Assembly: GCF_001194135.2 (NCBI RefSeq)
Contig: NC_068993.1
Location: 46,858,269-46,905,128 of the forward strand
DNA from: Octopus bimaculoides
Taxonomy: Eukaryota
Direction: 5' to 3'
Length of the DNA stretch: 46,860 nucleotides
The translations under genes were made by a program, and so were the position numbers. The notes under the pieces are model-generated. The model searched no databases, was not told the origin of the DNA, and worked only from the letters and a program-made list of their open reading frames with translations. The number at the start of each line of letters is the position of its first letter. The stretch's first letter is position 1. Below, one piece after another: positions 24,237 through 37,869 of this stretch.

Positions 24237-25246
24237 ACACATACATGTATAATACATACACACATGCATGTGTGTGTGTTTGTGTTCACAACGAACAGGA
24301 GCAAAAGTGTTCAATACACGTATAGAGCATGATTACATTTATTCCTCTTTTGCATTATTTCGCTACTCGGAGTCTTATGATTATATTATCGGCATGACAG
24401 CCTTCGTTCATCTGTAATGAATAATCGTTATTAATAATCCATTTATTCATCGGTCAGGGCAATATTTCATGAATCTGTCCAACGCTTCCTACTTAAAAAA
24501 TTACCCACCGAAAAAAAAAAAAAAGAAAAAAAATGGACACAAAACTAGGTACAGATATGTGGCTTTTGAGGAATATTAATGTACCTCATATCACTAAGTG
24601 GCGGCTCTCAGATTGAGAACCAACATATATGCTTCTTGTAACCTTTACAGCGAGAAAATTTATCCATTTTGAAGCATCAAGCTATAATACTAAACAAATA
24701 TACAGAATTCATGTCTTCATGCAACCACGTGAGAAGTTACCTACTTAGAAATATAATGACACCCCGACAGTAGTAATACGAAATAATAAGAGCCATTTCC
24801 TTTCCACTTATAACATTTTATATCTCCTTCTCTTATAAACAGTATTTCGCGCCTAATAAGTTAAACAATTAGAGACTTATATACAGAAAGCGTTCCATAA
24901 GTAAATGAAAATGCATAAGAAAGACGCATTCATATAGATACATGCAAACAGAAACAAACGGTTGAAATAGATACGCTTGCTCTCAGATGTTTAACATATA
25001 TAGCAGATACACTTTCATGTGCACACAAATGTTTCAATAACATATACACATCAAACTCTTTGAAGACACACGGACAAAGAAATAAAACAAATACGGTAAG
25101 GAGAACGTACAGCCCACAACGTAGCAGACAAAAATGTCACCACATTCTTATTTATCCATGCATAATGTAAACACTTTCACTTGCAAGTCTTTGGTCGACC
25201 GCGGCCCGAAACATTGTAAGAAGACACACAAATTGAAAGAAAGGCA

Positions 25247-25282
25247 CAGAGAGAGAGAGAGAGAGAGAAGGGGAGGGGCTGA

Positions 25283-25359
<77 letters not shown>

Positions 25360-25500
25360 GGAGGGGCTGAACCAAAGAGAGAGGAAGAAGGAAAAGCGAA
25401 TGAGAGAGAAAAAGAGAGAAAGACTGCGAAAGAGAGAGTGTGGTAGAGAAAGATAGAGAAAGGCGATAGAAAGAGAGACATAGAAAGAAAAAAAAACTGA
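25247..25500. repeat. (GA)n tract containing a duplicated 20-mer gaaggggaggggctgaacca
   Basis: Copies at 25267-25286 and 25355-25374. Confidence 0.9.
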
Positions 25501-25810
25501 AAGAATAAGGCATAATAGTTTGGAAGGTGTTCTATATTCAGTCGATAACGGTGCAACAAGATAAACGTCACATACGGGGATCAAGTTTGTTTCATTTTTC
25601 TTTTTTGAAGTTTATGTCATGGCAGCTTTCATCGTAGAACTTATCTTCAACGAAGAATTTAACACTCTAAGAACTTAATTCATTGTATGCACTGGGAAAC
25701 GGTGTGGGGTTAGACGTTACAGTAATGAGATGTGAAGAGACGATAAGGTCGAGGATGCCTGAGTATAAGGTAAGCCAGATCCGAGGAAAGTGGCGATTAT
25801 ATTAGTAATG

Positions 25811-26020
25811 GAAGACGGTGAGCTAGTAGAATCGTTAGCGGGTTGAATAAAATGCTTAGCGACATTTCTTCCGGTTCTTTATATATATTGTGTTAAAAAT
25901 TCTGCTCAGATCAGTGCGTTTCACTTCCTCGGGATCGATAAAGTAAAATACCAGCTTAGTACTGAGGTCCATGTAATCCATGTGTGGCCTCTTCTTAAAA
26001 TTGCCGGTCTTGAACCCTAC
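25811..26020 (+). mobile_element. Degenerate SINE family C
   Basis: aagacggtgagctagtagaatcgttagc...aaaatgcttagcgacatttc...cgggatcgataaa. Confidence 0.75.
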
Positions 26021-27619
26021 ACCGGATAGGAGCCTTGTTCATGGAGGGGTGTTGTGAACTCGGTCACTTATACGCTATGGAAATTGGGTAATCGGCCTTA
26101 TGAGTCCTCTGCCCCCCCCAAAAAAAATAATAGCAGCAGTAGAAAAGATGTTTAATGTGTGTGCCGCACTCGGGGCTCGAAACCGAAATCATAGCTGCGA
26201 AGTGAATTCTTTTACCACACAACTAGGCTTCCATCTAATATCTAATTTTATAAAAGAAAATATTAAAAAAAACATCTAAAATATCATATGATACTTGGTC
26301 TAGACAGTAGCTCTAATATACATACAATATTACCGTATCTTGTAATGATGTGGTGAGTAAAGGTGTTTTCTTACTATAGCCATGTACTAATGTTTTATAA
26401 TATTCAATTTGAACATAAATGGACCACAACACACAATTTTCTGAGTATAATAATTATTCACATTTCATTCGATTCGATTCTTCGCTTCGGGGCATAATAT
26501 ATATATATATATATATANNNNNNNNNNNNNNNNNNNNNNNNNNNNNNNNNNNNNNNNNNNNNNNNNNNNNNNNNNNNNNNNNNNNNNNNNNNNNNNNNNN
26601 NNNNNNNNNNNNNNNNNNNNNNNNNNNNNNNNNNNNNNNNNNNNNNNNNNNNNNNNNNNNNNNNNNNNNNNNNNNNNNNNNNNNNNNNNNNNNNNNNNNN
26701 NNNNNNNNNNNNNNNNNNNNNNNNNNNNNNNNNNNNNNNNNNNNNNNNNNNNNNNNNNNNNNNNNNNNNNNNNNNNNNNNNNNNNNNNNNNNNNNNNNNN
26801 NNNNNNNNNNNNNNNNNNNNNNNNNNNNNNNNNNNNNNNNNNNNNNNNNNNNNNNNNNNATATAGATATGCACTATTAGATATATTCTTCTTATTCTTAT
26901 CATCATTTGCGGTTATATATATATCCATTCAAATATGCACATACCTATGCGGGTGTGTTTGTGTGTATACAAATATACTCACACAAACACACACACACAT
27001 ACATATGTATGGACAAAATCTATATTACGAAGAGACAGAGACACAGAAACAGTGTTGGATGATGGCGAAATAAAATGGAACTGTGAGAAAGAAAATATCG
27101 AAATTACAAACTACACATATACCAACATCCCTCCCTCCCTCCATACCTACCTACCTACCTACCTACCTACCTACCTACCTACTTACCCATTTACTTGGCT
27201 GAATTTTTAAAGCGTTGGCTAAAATACCTTGCTGCAACGTTCCTGTTTTCTGCACCCTGATTTCAAATCCTCCTGATGTCATGTCAACTGTTCATCCTCC
27301 TGAGGCCCGGAAAGGAAAGTACTGGTCCAGGACATGTTAATTGGAAATACTTTTAGAGTGTAAGATGTGCTAACTTGTGGTATCTGTTTTTGGGGGTCTG
27401 TTTTCTATCTACAGCTTCCATAAGTCTCCTCTTTATCTCTTTTCTTTTAGATGAAGCACTTCCATCCGAAACATCAAAAAAAAAAAGAAAAGAAAAACTC
27501 CAATCCGCTGTCAAGCGTTTAACCAATACGTTATCTTAGTTTTGTTTTTTCCGTGTTCTTTTATCTATGTTGCTTTAAATCTTATATTAGACATACACCC
27601 CCTCACATTTAGTAAGACG

Positions 27620-28197
27620 TACCATGGACATGGAAACCAAGTTTACCCAAGCTGTGATGGTCTTTCGGTGTCTTCAGTGAGGATGCTATGGTGCCATTCC
27701 ACATATTTGACTAGGACCTTAGACTCAATTCAGATGGCTATGTGAAGCTGCCGGAGACTGGTCAAACGACTGGAGCGGGTTGCTGCTAGAAGGCTATATA
27801 TATATATAAGGCAGTAGTATTCGGCTCCTTACCATACCTTCGGAAAGAGTCAGAAGTGGTTGTCGGCGAATTTCTACGAATTCAAAAGCCCTAATTTCTG
27901 GCCTTCTAATTCCCCTGATTGTAATTTTATGGATTACCAAGTGTGGGGCGCAGTTAAGAAAGACACAAAGCACGAAGGCTGAGCTGATGGCCAAGATCAA
28001 GGAAGTAATCGAAGAAACTTCCCGGGGTTCCGAAATCGCGTTGAATATGTATTGGAAGCCAAAGGCAGCTATAGCAAACTATTATCTCCCATCGATAAAA
28101 CAATTTGATATTTTTGAGTTTTACGTTTATTTTTGGGTGGGATATTGTGCTTTCTTTTCCTTTTCTGCAAACTATCAAATTTAGCCCGAACACCGTG
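27620..28197 (+). mobile_element. Decayed DD37D (maT)-like Tc1/mariner element, 3' half with terminus
   Basis: METKFTQAVMVF; FHIFD*DLRLNSDGYVKL; SAPYHTFGKSQKWLSANFYEFKSPNFWPSNSPDCNFMDYQVWGAV; FRNRVEYVLEAKG; ends caccgtg followed by TA. Confidence 0.88.
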
Positions 28198-28262
28198 TAT
28201 GTGTGTGTGTATGTGCGTGTGTGCGTGTGCGTGTATGTATGTGTATATGTATATAAATATAT

Positions 28263-28641
28263 GTTGTTGTTGTTGGCACTCCGTTGCTTACGACGTCGAG
28301 GGCTCCAGTTGATCCGATCAACAGAACAGCCTGCTCGTGAAATTAACGTGCAAGTGGCTGAGCACTCCACAGGCACGTGTACCCTGAACGTAGTTCTCGG
28401 GGATATTCAGTGTGGCAAGGCTGGCCCTTTGAAATACAGGTACAACAGAAACAGGAAGAAAGAGTGAGAGAAAGTTGTGGTGAAAGAGTACAGCAGGGTT
28501 CGCCACAATCCCCTGCCGGAGCCTCGTGGAGCTTTTAGGTGTTTTCGCTCAATGAACACTCACAACGCCAGGTCTGGGAATCGAAACAGCGATCCTATGA
28601 CCGAGAGTCCGCTGCCCTAAACACCGGGCCATTGCGCCTCC
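28263..28641 (-). mobile_element. SINE family B, full-length with (AAC)n tail
   Basis: Head matches 2350-2480; tail reads ...ggagtgccaacaacaacaac on minus. Confidence 0.92.
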
Positions 28642-29451
28642 ACGTATATAAGTATATGTAGACGTATATTTACATACACAAATATACATACATAAATACA
28701 TACTTACACACTCTAATATTCTTCCTTCGGATGGAGAAAATTGTATTTAACAGCAAGTCTTGTTTCAAACATTTGAATATTGAAAGCAATTAAGCCCCAT
28801 TAATAGCACTTAAACAACATATTTTATGCGTATATATATTTTTCCATACATGCATATACATACACTGGTGTATTTATGCATGCCTGTATGTTTATGCATA
28901 AGTTTCATACATGTATACATATGTATCCTTATGAAAATTATTTAATTAGTCATTATTTAAAATTGTATTATTTATACTGCCTTTTATATTTACCTTCTAT
29001 ATTTACAATATTTCTGTTGAATTTAATGACTCGTGTGTAAAGCATGAATCATTTCACTTTTTGAAGTAAAAATGAATACGTTAAATGGAATCTCTACAAA
29101 CGACATATATCTCAATCAATTTATACTGATCAATATGGTCAGAGTTATTTAGAAGGAAGGGACCTATTGTATTTGACAACATTTTAGATTAAATTAGTAT
29201 TGATAGTTATATCTAATATTTCTCTGGAATTGGCAATAATTAGCAAAATGATAGCTTTCATATTTCGTCTAATGAAACCCAGAAAGAAAAGAAATTAGAA
29301 GTGCAAAATGTCAGTTGTAACAAAAGTATGAAGAACAATGTAAGGGTCTACTGCATGTAATTATAACCGAGTAACGTGCGTTCAAATACAAACGCATCAG
29401 TATAGTGCTGTTTCATGTACAGAAAATTTAAAATGCTGCTGGTTGAAATTT

Positions 29452-29602
29452 TGGCTGTGTGGTAAGAAGCTTACTTCTCAACCAAATGTTTCTGGGTTCA
29501 GTCCCACTGCGCGGCATCTTGGGCAAGTGTCTTCTACTATAGCCTCGGGCCGATCAAAGCCTTGTGAGTGGATTTGGTAGACGGAAATTGAAAGAAGCCC
29601 GC

Positions 29603-29639
<37 letters not shown>

Positions 29640-29768
29640 ATATGCTTGTGTTTACGTCCCTGTAACTTAACAGTTCGGCAAAATAAAACGATAGAATAAG
29701 TATTAGGCTTACAAAGAATAAGTCTTGAGCTCGCAGTCAAATGCCTGAAACCAATAAAAGAATAAGAG
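29452..29768 (+). mobile_element. SINE family A with a CORE-like cttgggcaagtgtct segment and internal (TA)n
   Basis: tggctgtgtggtaagaagctt...gggttcagtcccactgcg...cttgggcaagtgtcttctactatagcc...gcagtcaaatgcctgaaac. Confidence 0.92.
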
Positions 29769-30319
29769 AACTGTAAATTCCCTCACTCTCTGTGTGTCTG
29801 TGTGTCTGTCTGTCTGTCTCTGTCTTTCTGTCTGTCTGTCTGTCTATTTCTTTCTCTCTCTCTCTCTCACACACACAGACACTTTTGTGCGTATTTATTA
29901 TTTGCAGTGAAAATTTTGTGAGGAAGTCAGAATACTCGTATTTGTTTTACTCCCTGTTTCATCTCTTTTGCTTTCAAATCATCTTATTTTCTCACTTTCA
30001 TATACCTCCACCCTTTTCTACATCGTCCATCCTCAACCATTTTCTCGGTGACAGAGAAGAGGAAACAGTTTAAGAAAGGTGAATAACAGATATCCTCATA
30101 ATTAATTAAACAACAAAGAGAATGTTACGTGTGTGTCAGATTGAAGAAAAAAACTCTAAACATAGATAAGACTGCCTAAACCTTTATTAATGATTCAGCG
30201 ACTTCTTAAAGGCTACCGGAAATTCCTTCTTATATAAGTTTGTATATCTCAATATGTATGTACGTGCTGTGAGTAATCTCTTTAGATATGTATATAGATT
30301 TCAGACTCACGTTCAGTCT

Positions 30320-30950
30320 CTTCCTCCTCATGGCTCTTCTAAGCCCTTTGAGTGTTCACAGTATAGCCACGTTCCACAAAATCAAGGAAAATGAAGCCTT
30401 TGTCGCCCCGAGAAACATTCGTCATGAATTTCCGAGCCGATTTCTTACTCTTAAACTTCTTTGGTCTTAGAAATGAAGTGTGACGCCATTTTACGGACTG
30501 AAATTTTGTTTCCGCATCATAAAAATATGCCCATATTTCATACTTTTTCACCAAATCGGAAAAAATGTGCCTTCATTGGCTTCAAATACTTCTAGCAGAT
30601 CGGAGCTGACTTCTCCCTTTTTATTCTTAAAAGAAAGTGTGAGCTTTGTTATAAATTTTGGACACACTTCAGACACCGAAAGTCAACCGCTTCTTCTATT
30701 AATGCTTTGTGATCACAGTTCACTTGTGCAGCCATAGAATCAATGCCTGTGCGAATCAATTCTTCCACTCGTAAGCAGTTCGTGTTAGTGGTCGGACTTG
30801 ATGGTTTGCCACTACGAGGTTTCCTCTTCAGTTTGATGCTCTTCTGGCACTAAATTTAAAAACAAAAATTACAGGCTTTTTAATGTCTCACAGTGATCTG
30901 AGTCAACAGTTCGTTTCGTTTTGCGTCTTCGAACTTCGTTCACTTTGCAT
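30320..30950 (-). mobile_element. Decayed mariner transposase fragment
   Basis: YEIWAYFYDAETKFQSVKWRHTSFLRPKKFKSKKSARKFMTNVSRGDKGFIFLDFVERGYTVN, matching mariner DETW..YD.ETK.QS..W...PKK.K...SA.K.M; the upstream boundary is approximate. Confidence 0.85.
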
Positions 30951-30966
30951 TGACCTCTCATGACTG

Positions 30967-31014
30967 CAATGTATACACCAATGTATACACCAATGTATAC
31001 ACCAATGTATACAC
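30967..31014. repeat. Perfect 4 x 12-bp tandem repeat (caatgtatacac)
   Basis: Read directly. Confidence 0.97.
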
Positions 31015-31495
31015 CAGCTTTGCTGCTTTTATTCCCGTTTTGCAGAATAGACGATGTATGCTAATCGAGCAAATAGAATTATATCTCTGGATACGTCCTA
31101 GACTGAAATTAAAACGTGTATATACGTATATGTATATATNNNNNNNNNNNNNNNNNNNNNNNNNNNNNNNNNNNNNNNNNNNNNNNNNNNNNNNNNNNNN
31201 NNNNNNNNNNNNNNNNNNNNNNNNNNNNNNNNNNNNNNNNNNNNNNNNNNNNNNNNNNNNNNNNNNNNNNNNNNNNNNNNNNNNNNNNNNNNNNNNNNNN
31301 NNNNNNNNNNNNNNNNNNNNNNNNNNNNNNNNNNNNNNNNNNNNNNNNNNNNNNNNNNNNNNNNNNNNNNNNNNNGTGTGTGTGTGTGTGTGTATGTATG
31401 TATATATATATATATATATATAAATGCAGGCATTCACATACATATATAAATATCTCAATCGGTTTTGCAGAGATCACGAACAGGAGATTGTGAAA

Positions 31496-31791
31496 TTATA
31501 ATTTTATGTTGTCTACTTGATGGTAGCAATATTAGTGTAGTGGTTATGATGATGGTGGTGATGATGATAGCGTATTAGTGGTATTAAAAGTGATGATGGT
31601 GGAGGAGGGACTGGATTGCTAAACTATATGTCACGAGTGATGGTTATGTCTCAGATGAATATATTTAGCTTCAGGTTTTCAAAAACATCAAACAGATAGC
31701 AATCTATGCGCGCAAGCGCGTGCCTGTGTTTTTCAGCCCAGTTCATACATACATACATGTATTTTTACATACACACACATATTTGTACATG

Positions 31792-31832
<41 letters not shown>

Positions 31833-32012
31833 GTATATGCTTGCACATCAACCAACAATGTCTGTCTGTCTGTCTGCCTGCCTGCCTGCCTGTCTTTCTG
31901 TCTGTCTGCCTCTCGTCCTAACTTTTCATCTACCTCACTATTTACACTATTTGTATATATGCGTAAATAAATATATACACTTATAGTAATATGTAAGTAT
32001 ATATATATTTGC

Positions 32013-32056
<44 letters not shown>

Positions 32057-32185
32057 GTATATTTGTATGAGCATATATCTGTATAGATATTTATAATTTT
32101 ATGTTGTCTACTTGATGGTAGCAATATTAGTGTAGTGGTTATGATGATGGTGGTGATGATGATAGCGTATTAGTGGTATTAAAAG
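31496..32185 (+). repeat. Identical 95-bp direct repeat at 31496-31590 and 32091-32185
   Basis: ttataattttatgttgtctacttgatgg...gtggtattaaaag is present twice with no differences seen. Confidence 0.95.
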
Positions 32186-33353
32186 AATTTATAAAAATAT
32201 ACATATGCGTAGATATAGGTTAAACTACACACACACATACACGTGTATGNNNNNNNNNNNNNNNNNNNNNNNNNNNNNNNNNNNNNNNNNNNNNNNNNNN
32301 NNNNNNNNNNNNNNNNNNNNNNNNNNNNNNNNNNNNNNNNNNNNNNNNNNNNNNNNNNNNNNNNNNNNNNNNNNNNNNNNNNNNNNNNNNNNNNNNNNNN
32401 NNNNNNNNNNNNNNNNNNNNNNNNNNNNNNNNNNNNNNNNNNNNNNNNNNNNNNNNNNNNNNNNNNNNNNNNNNNNNNNNNNNNNNNNNNNNNNNNNNNN
32501 NNNNNNNNNNNNNNNNNNNNNNNNNNNNNNNNNNNNNNNNNNNNNNNNNNNNNNNNNNNNNNNNNNNNNNNNNNNNNNNNNNNNNNNNNNNNNNNNNNNN
32601 NNNNNNNNNNNNNNNNNNNNNNNNNNNNNNNNNNNNNNNNNNNNNNNNNNNNNNNNNNNNNNNNNNNNNNNNNNNNNNNNNNNNNNNNNNNNNNNNNNNN
32701 NNNNNNNNNNNNNNNNNNNNNNNNNNNNNNNNNNNNNNNNNNNNNNNNNNNNNNNNNNNNNNNNNNNNNNNNNNNNNNNNNNNNNNNNNNNNNNNNNNNN
32801 NNNNNNNNNNNNNNNNNNNNNNNNNNNNNNNNNNNNNNNNNNNNNNNNNNNNNNNNNNNNNNNNNNNNNNNNNNNNNNNNNNNNNNNNNNNNNNNNNNNN
32901 NNNNNNNNNNNNNNNNNNNNNNNNNNNNNNNNNNNNNNNNNNNNNNNNNNNNNNNNNNNNNNNNNNNNNNNNNNNNNNNNNNNNNNNNNNNNNNNNNNNN
33001 NNNNNNNNNNNNNNNNNNNNNNNNNNNNNNNNNNNNNNNNNNNNNNNNNNNNNNNNNNNNNNNNNNNNNNNNNNNNNNNNNNNNNNNNNNNNNNNNNNNN
33101 NNNNNNNNNNNNNNNNNNNNNNNNNNNNNNNNNNNNNNNNNNNNNNNNNNNNNNNNNNNNNNNNNNNNNNNNNNNNNNNNNNNNNNNNNNNNNNNNNNNN
33201 NNNNNNNNNNNNNNNNNTATCTATCTCCATTGTCCTGGAACCTCACCCCAAAAAGCAAAACACAAAGAAAAAACCCCCACCTGATTTATATTAAATGAAC
33301 AACCAATCCCTTTCCAAAATTCTGGCGATCTCCTCTTTTCTCAATATACATCC

Positions 33354-33384
<31 letters not shown>

Positions 33385-33758
33385 GGAATTCAAAAAATGG
33401 GACAAGAACGCAAAGCATACAGGCAGTTAATACAAAAAAGGGGACAACAAAAAACAACGACGGGTCATTCGGAGTTTTCTTTCCTCAGTCGAGTTCCATA
33501 TTATCACTGCAATTTCGACTGGTTATACTCGAGATTGCTCCAATCTGGCCAGCCTTAGGAAAAACTAAGCTAAGGGCACTAGATTCCTTGGAAGAAAGCA
33601 GCGAATGTATATCTATTTATCTATCTATCTGCCTGCCCATCTGTATATGTGTGTGTATATGTACACACACACACACACACACACACACATTACATTTGAG
33701 GATGGTCATTTTTTTGTCAAATATCCTCAAGCACTAAATGCTTGCTCTTCACTACAGC

Positions 33759-33761
<3 letters not shown>

Positions 33762-33848
<87 letters not shown>

Positions 33849-33858
33849 NNNNNNNNNN

Positions 33859-33920
<62 letters not shown>

Positions 33921-33933
33921 ATTATTATTATTA
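33762..33933. repeat. (ATT)n-(GTT)n-(ATT)n trinucleotide array containing a 10-N gap
   Basis: Read directly. Confidence 0.97.
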
Positions 33934-33990
33934 TGTCCTTTGCTTGAAATCTTGGGACTAAACAGAACACGAGGAGACACGTGTGATGGA

Positions 33991-34035
33991 GAGTCGGTGA
34001 AGAGGTCACAGGATGTGTGACGAAAGACATCTGGC
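33991..34035 (+). ncRNA. Degenerate hammerhead remnant
   Basis: gtcg GTGAAGA G GTCACA ggatg TGTGAC GAAA gac ATC tggc: perfect 6-bp stem II; C3 is mutated. Confidence 0.5.
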
Positions 34036-34267
34036 AAAGGAGACAATAATAATAATAATAATAATAATAAAGCCGAAAGGAAGAACGAGAGTATAGTGCG
34101 TGTGGTTATTTGGCGTAAGAAAAATGACCATCCCCTAATATAACAGTATCTATAAATAATAATATTTTATAAGCTTAAATCTTATAAGCGCTCACCGTGT
34201 ATTGACTAAAAAAAAATAGTCTAATATTCGGGCATATAAGTACTCGATGGAATAAAGTGGGGCTTTC

Positions 34268-34340
34268 ATACGCATGGGACTCGAACCCAAATCTCTATAT
34301 ACTCGCGGAAAGTGTGGTATCATTACACCACAGTAACCAC
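34268..34340 (-). pseudogene. tRNA-like remnant (SINE head or tRNA pseudogene)
   Basis: Minus strand has tggtgtaatg (A-box-like) and gggttcgagtccc (B box); no acceptor stem. Confidence 0.5.
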
Positions 34341-34467
34341 CCACTTCTTCCCGTTAGATTTAAGAAACATAATTTCATAGTGCTGTTTCTTTAAACGATC
34401 ATGTGCGTATTCTGCGAGAATATCTGTTTCAACGCACGATTTTACATCAAGAATCTTGGAATCTTGC

Positions 34468-34533
<66 letters not shown>

Positions 34534-34551
34534 CACACACACACACGCACG

Positions 34552-34585
<34 letters not shown>

Positions 34586-34894
34586 GCTTAGAAGTATGAG
34601 CGGTCATTTTATATGTAGCTATCATGCAAGCTATATCCAATATGTATTTATATATTGCTTTTAAATGTTACGTTTAACTTAAAGGTAAGCACCTTGAAAT
34701 ACAATCACCTTAACAATGAAGTTAGAACCATATCAATGATTATCCTACACGAATAAATATTTAAACAAGGGATACAAATGTCAAAGATAAAATGCAAAAT
34801 GTTTTGAAAACAACATCCATATAATACTCACTTTTGTAATACTCAACGGAGCAATATAACTCCCTCCGCCTGTCTCTGTTTCTCTAACTATCTT

Positions 34895-34927
<33 letters not shown>

Positions 34928-35407
34928 AGACATCGATAGATAGATAGATAAGCATGGATAGATAGATATGGACAAACAGATAGATGAAAACACCTTAAGC
35001 ATATATTGTAATACACACGGCAAAGAGATACCTGTTCGATATACCAATAAGTTGCTATGAAGTGTCTAATGTCATAAAGCGAAGCCTATGTCAATATATG
35101 CTTTTATATATTTTAATATAACGGGAAACAACATAATCTATATTCCTAGATATTAAATATCTATCAAAATTGCACCAGTTGTTAGGATTAAAGTATCACA
35201 CACACACACAAACGACACAACACATCACATATGCATATAACAAGCACACTAACAAATATACGTAAGTTACATTGACACACAAGTATACAGACAACACTAT
35301 TATACACCAATATTTAAACAAATGTCTAACTTATTGATATGCCAATGTAGAGTGTGTCTGTCGCGTATACACACATATGCACATACATAAGTAGACATAT
35401 AAGTATA

Positions 35408-35444
<37 letters not shown>

Positions 35445-36189
35445 NNNNNNNNNNNNNNNNNNNNNNNNNNNNNNNNNNNNNNNNNNNNNNNNNNNNNNNN
35501 NNNNNNNNNNNNNNNNNNNNNNNNNNNNNNNNNNNNNNNNNNNNNNNNNNNNNNNNNNNNNNNNNNNNNNNNNNNNNNNNNNNNNNNNNNNNNNNNNNNN
35601 NNNNNNNNNNNNNNNNNNNNNNNNNNNNNNNNNNNNNNNNNNNNNNNNNNNNNNNNNNNNNNNNNNNNNNNNNNNNNNNNNNNNNNNNNNNNNNNNNNNN
35701 NNNNNNNNNNNNNNNNNNNNNNNNNNNNNNNNNNNNNNNNNNNNNNNNNNNNNNNNNNNNNNNNNNNNNNNNNNNNNNNNNNNNNNNNNNNNNNNNNNNN
35801 NNNNNNNNNNNNNNNNNNNNNNNNNNNNNATATATATATATATATATATATATTTGTACATATATATATTGGGATATATATCTTTATATAGTGGAGACAT
35901 AGTATATAATAGTTATATATACTTTTATATATGTACATACACATATATCCACATATACAATATCGTTTAATCATGTAAACCCGTCAGACAATCGCATATT
36001 TGGTTGTCAGATAAATTCGTTCATTTCTTATGTTATTTGAATTAATATGAAAAATATTCTTACAGTAGTTTTTCATGTTTGTTTTTGTAACTCTTCTTCC
36101 TCAACAAACTTTTGTTAACGTTTTTTATATTTTTAAATTTGAATAAATCTTACCTTTTTTTTTTAGATATTTACCGACGGACTGCTAAC

Positions 36190-36300
36190 AAGGAAAAAAA
36201 TTAGTATTTTTGGCCCTTTTCTTCAAGTTTCAAAGCGCTAGAAACACTTGTACTGTTTACGGAGATGTTGCTTTTACTGAAATAACTGTAGCAAAAACCC
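36190..36300 (+). mobile_element. Mariner transposase N-terminal (HTH) remnant
   Basis: FKFQSARNTCTVYGDVAFTEITVAK resembles mariner A.RNIC.VYG..A.TERT..KW. Confidence 0.5.
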
Positions 36301-37322
36301 TTGGCTGTCAAAAAGAAAAAGAAGAGAAAAAAAATGTCGAAAGCGTCGCACAGGATCCGAAACCATTATCTACTGCAGAGACGACCTATATGATAACCAT
36401 TATACCAAAGCAACACTCTGTAATTCTGCTATCCATTTTAGAAGTTTTGTTCTTACCAACGACAACTATAACCTGCTTATATAATGAGAATTGAGAAGCT
36501 TGGTGTGATATGAAGTAAATCATTTTAATGGTGGAACTTGAAGTAAATAAGGCTAAAAATAATAATGTATAACTTACTGGGTTAAAAAGCCATATTATTA
36601 ACCCATTAAAAACCCAAGTTAGAAATAATTTGCTTCATATCTCTCGAGGCTGCTAAAGTATTATAATGTAAACGCTTTGCAATTCTCGCTGGTTAGAATA
36701 AAGCTTCTAAAATGAGGGAGGAATATTTGAAGTGTTGCTTTGGTTCAATGGTTAGTACGTTTGTCTTGTTAAGAGTTGATGGGCGTTCGAGTCTTCGCCC
36801 CTTTTTTCATTGAAAGGTTTTCTTACCTAATATTCTACAAGCTATCTACTTCAAGTTCAACTATCAAAAATTACTTACTATCTCAAAATTCTTATATTGT
36901 GAGTGCATTAGAATTGAGGCAGCTGATGAAGGAAATGTTCCCTATGTGGCCTGTGTGCTTTCTGTACTCTGTTTATCATTTGTCTACGTTTTGTTTGCAA
37001 CGTTCTGTACCCAGATATGCATCTATATATACAGGTAGATGTAGGTATGTACATACTTGTAGGTATATATGCATATACTCATTTATTATTTGTATAATAT
37101 GTATATATACGTGTGTGTAAGTAGTAACAAACATATCTCTAAGTATGTATAATGTGTTACGCACATTTGTATATATATGAAAATATATATACGCATATGT
37201 ATGTACATATACACAGATTTTTAGTATAGATTCTTTTAGACGTGAACTGAAGGAATGGCACACATGTAGCAATATACCAAAATCCCTATTATGTCCTACG
37301 CTATCAGCATCACTGCTCCTTC

Positions 37323-37373
<51 letters not shown>

Positions 37374-37869
37374 TGTTGTCCACCACAGCCACTATAGCCT
37401 TCTTGAGCACCCCTATCCTTTTCCAATCATTTCCATTATTCAGCAGTAAAGCACCAGCGCCACCATCATCAACCACCTCATTAATACTCGAACGAACCAG
37501 CTACCGTCACCGCTACTACCACATCGACACCACCACCTCAAACACGACCACAATCACGACGACAACCACGCCAACACCATCGCCATCACAACCCACCCGA
37601 TCAGAAGTATCAACCAACACCTTACCATTCAACCCCTTAATCCGTACCACCAACTCCACCATCCCACATTACCACGTATACTTTCGCCCCTACCACCGCT
37701 TCTAATACCGCCCCCGTTCGACCGCTAATCAACAGCCCTTCCGTGTTAACAAGTGATAAAATATTTGGCAACCATTTATTTCAAATTTTGTCTTCGCGTT
37801 TTGTCACGGAAGATGTCGCTGCGATCAGCGTGAGTGGTTGTCAGTGGTGACTCACAGTGGCAGAACCAT

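Noticed and set aside
27444-27480. Hammerhead-like tagatgaag...ccgaaacatc
   Set aside because: C3/U4 are lost and there is no stem II; too decayed to call, though it may be a remnant.
33455-33492. Minus-strand CTGAGGA...ctccGAAT hammerhead-like motif
   Set aside because: GAAA is broken, stem II is weak, and no stem III or NUH could be placed.
36923-36960. CTGATGA followed by a short hairpin
   Set aside because: No GAAA follows, so the core is incomplete.
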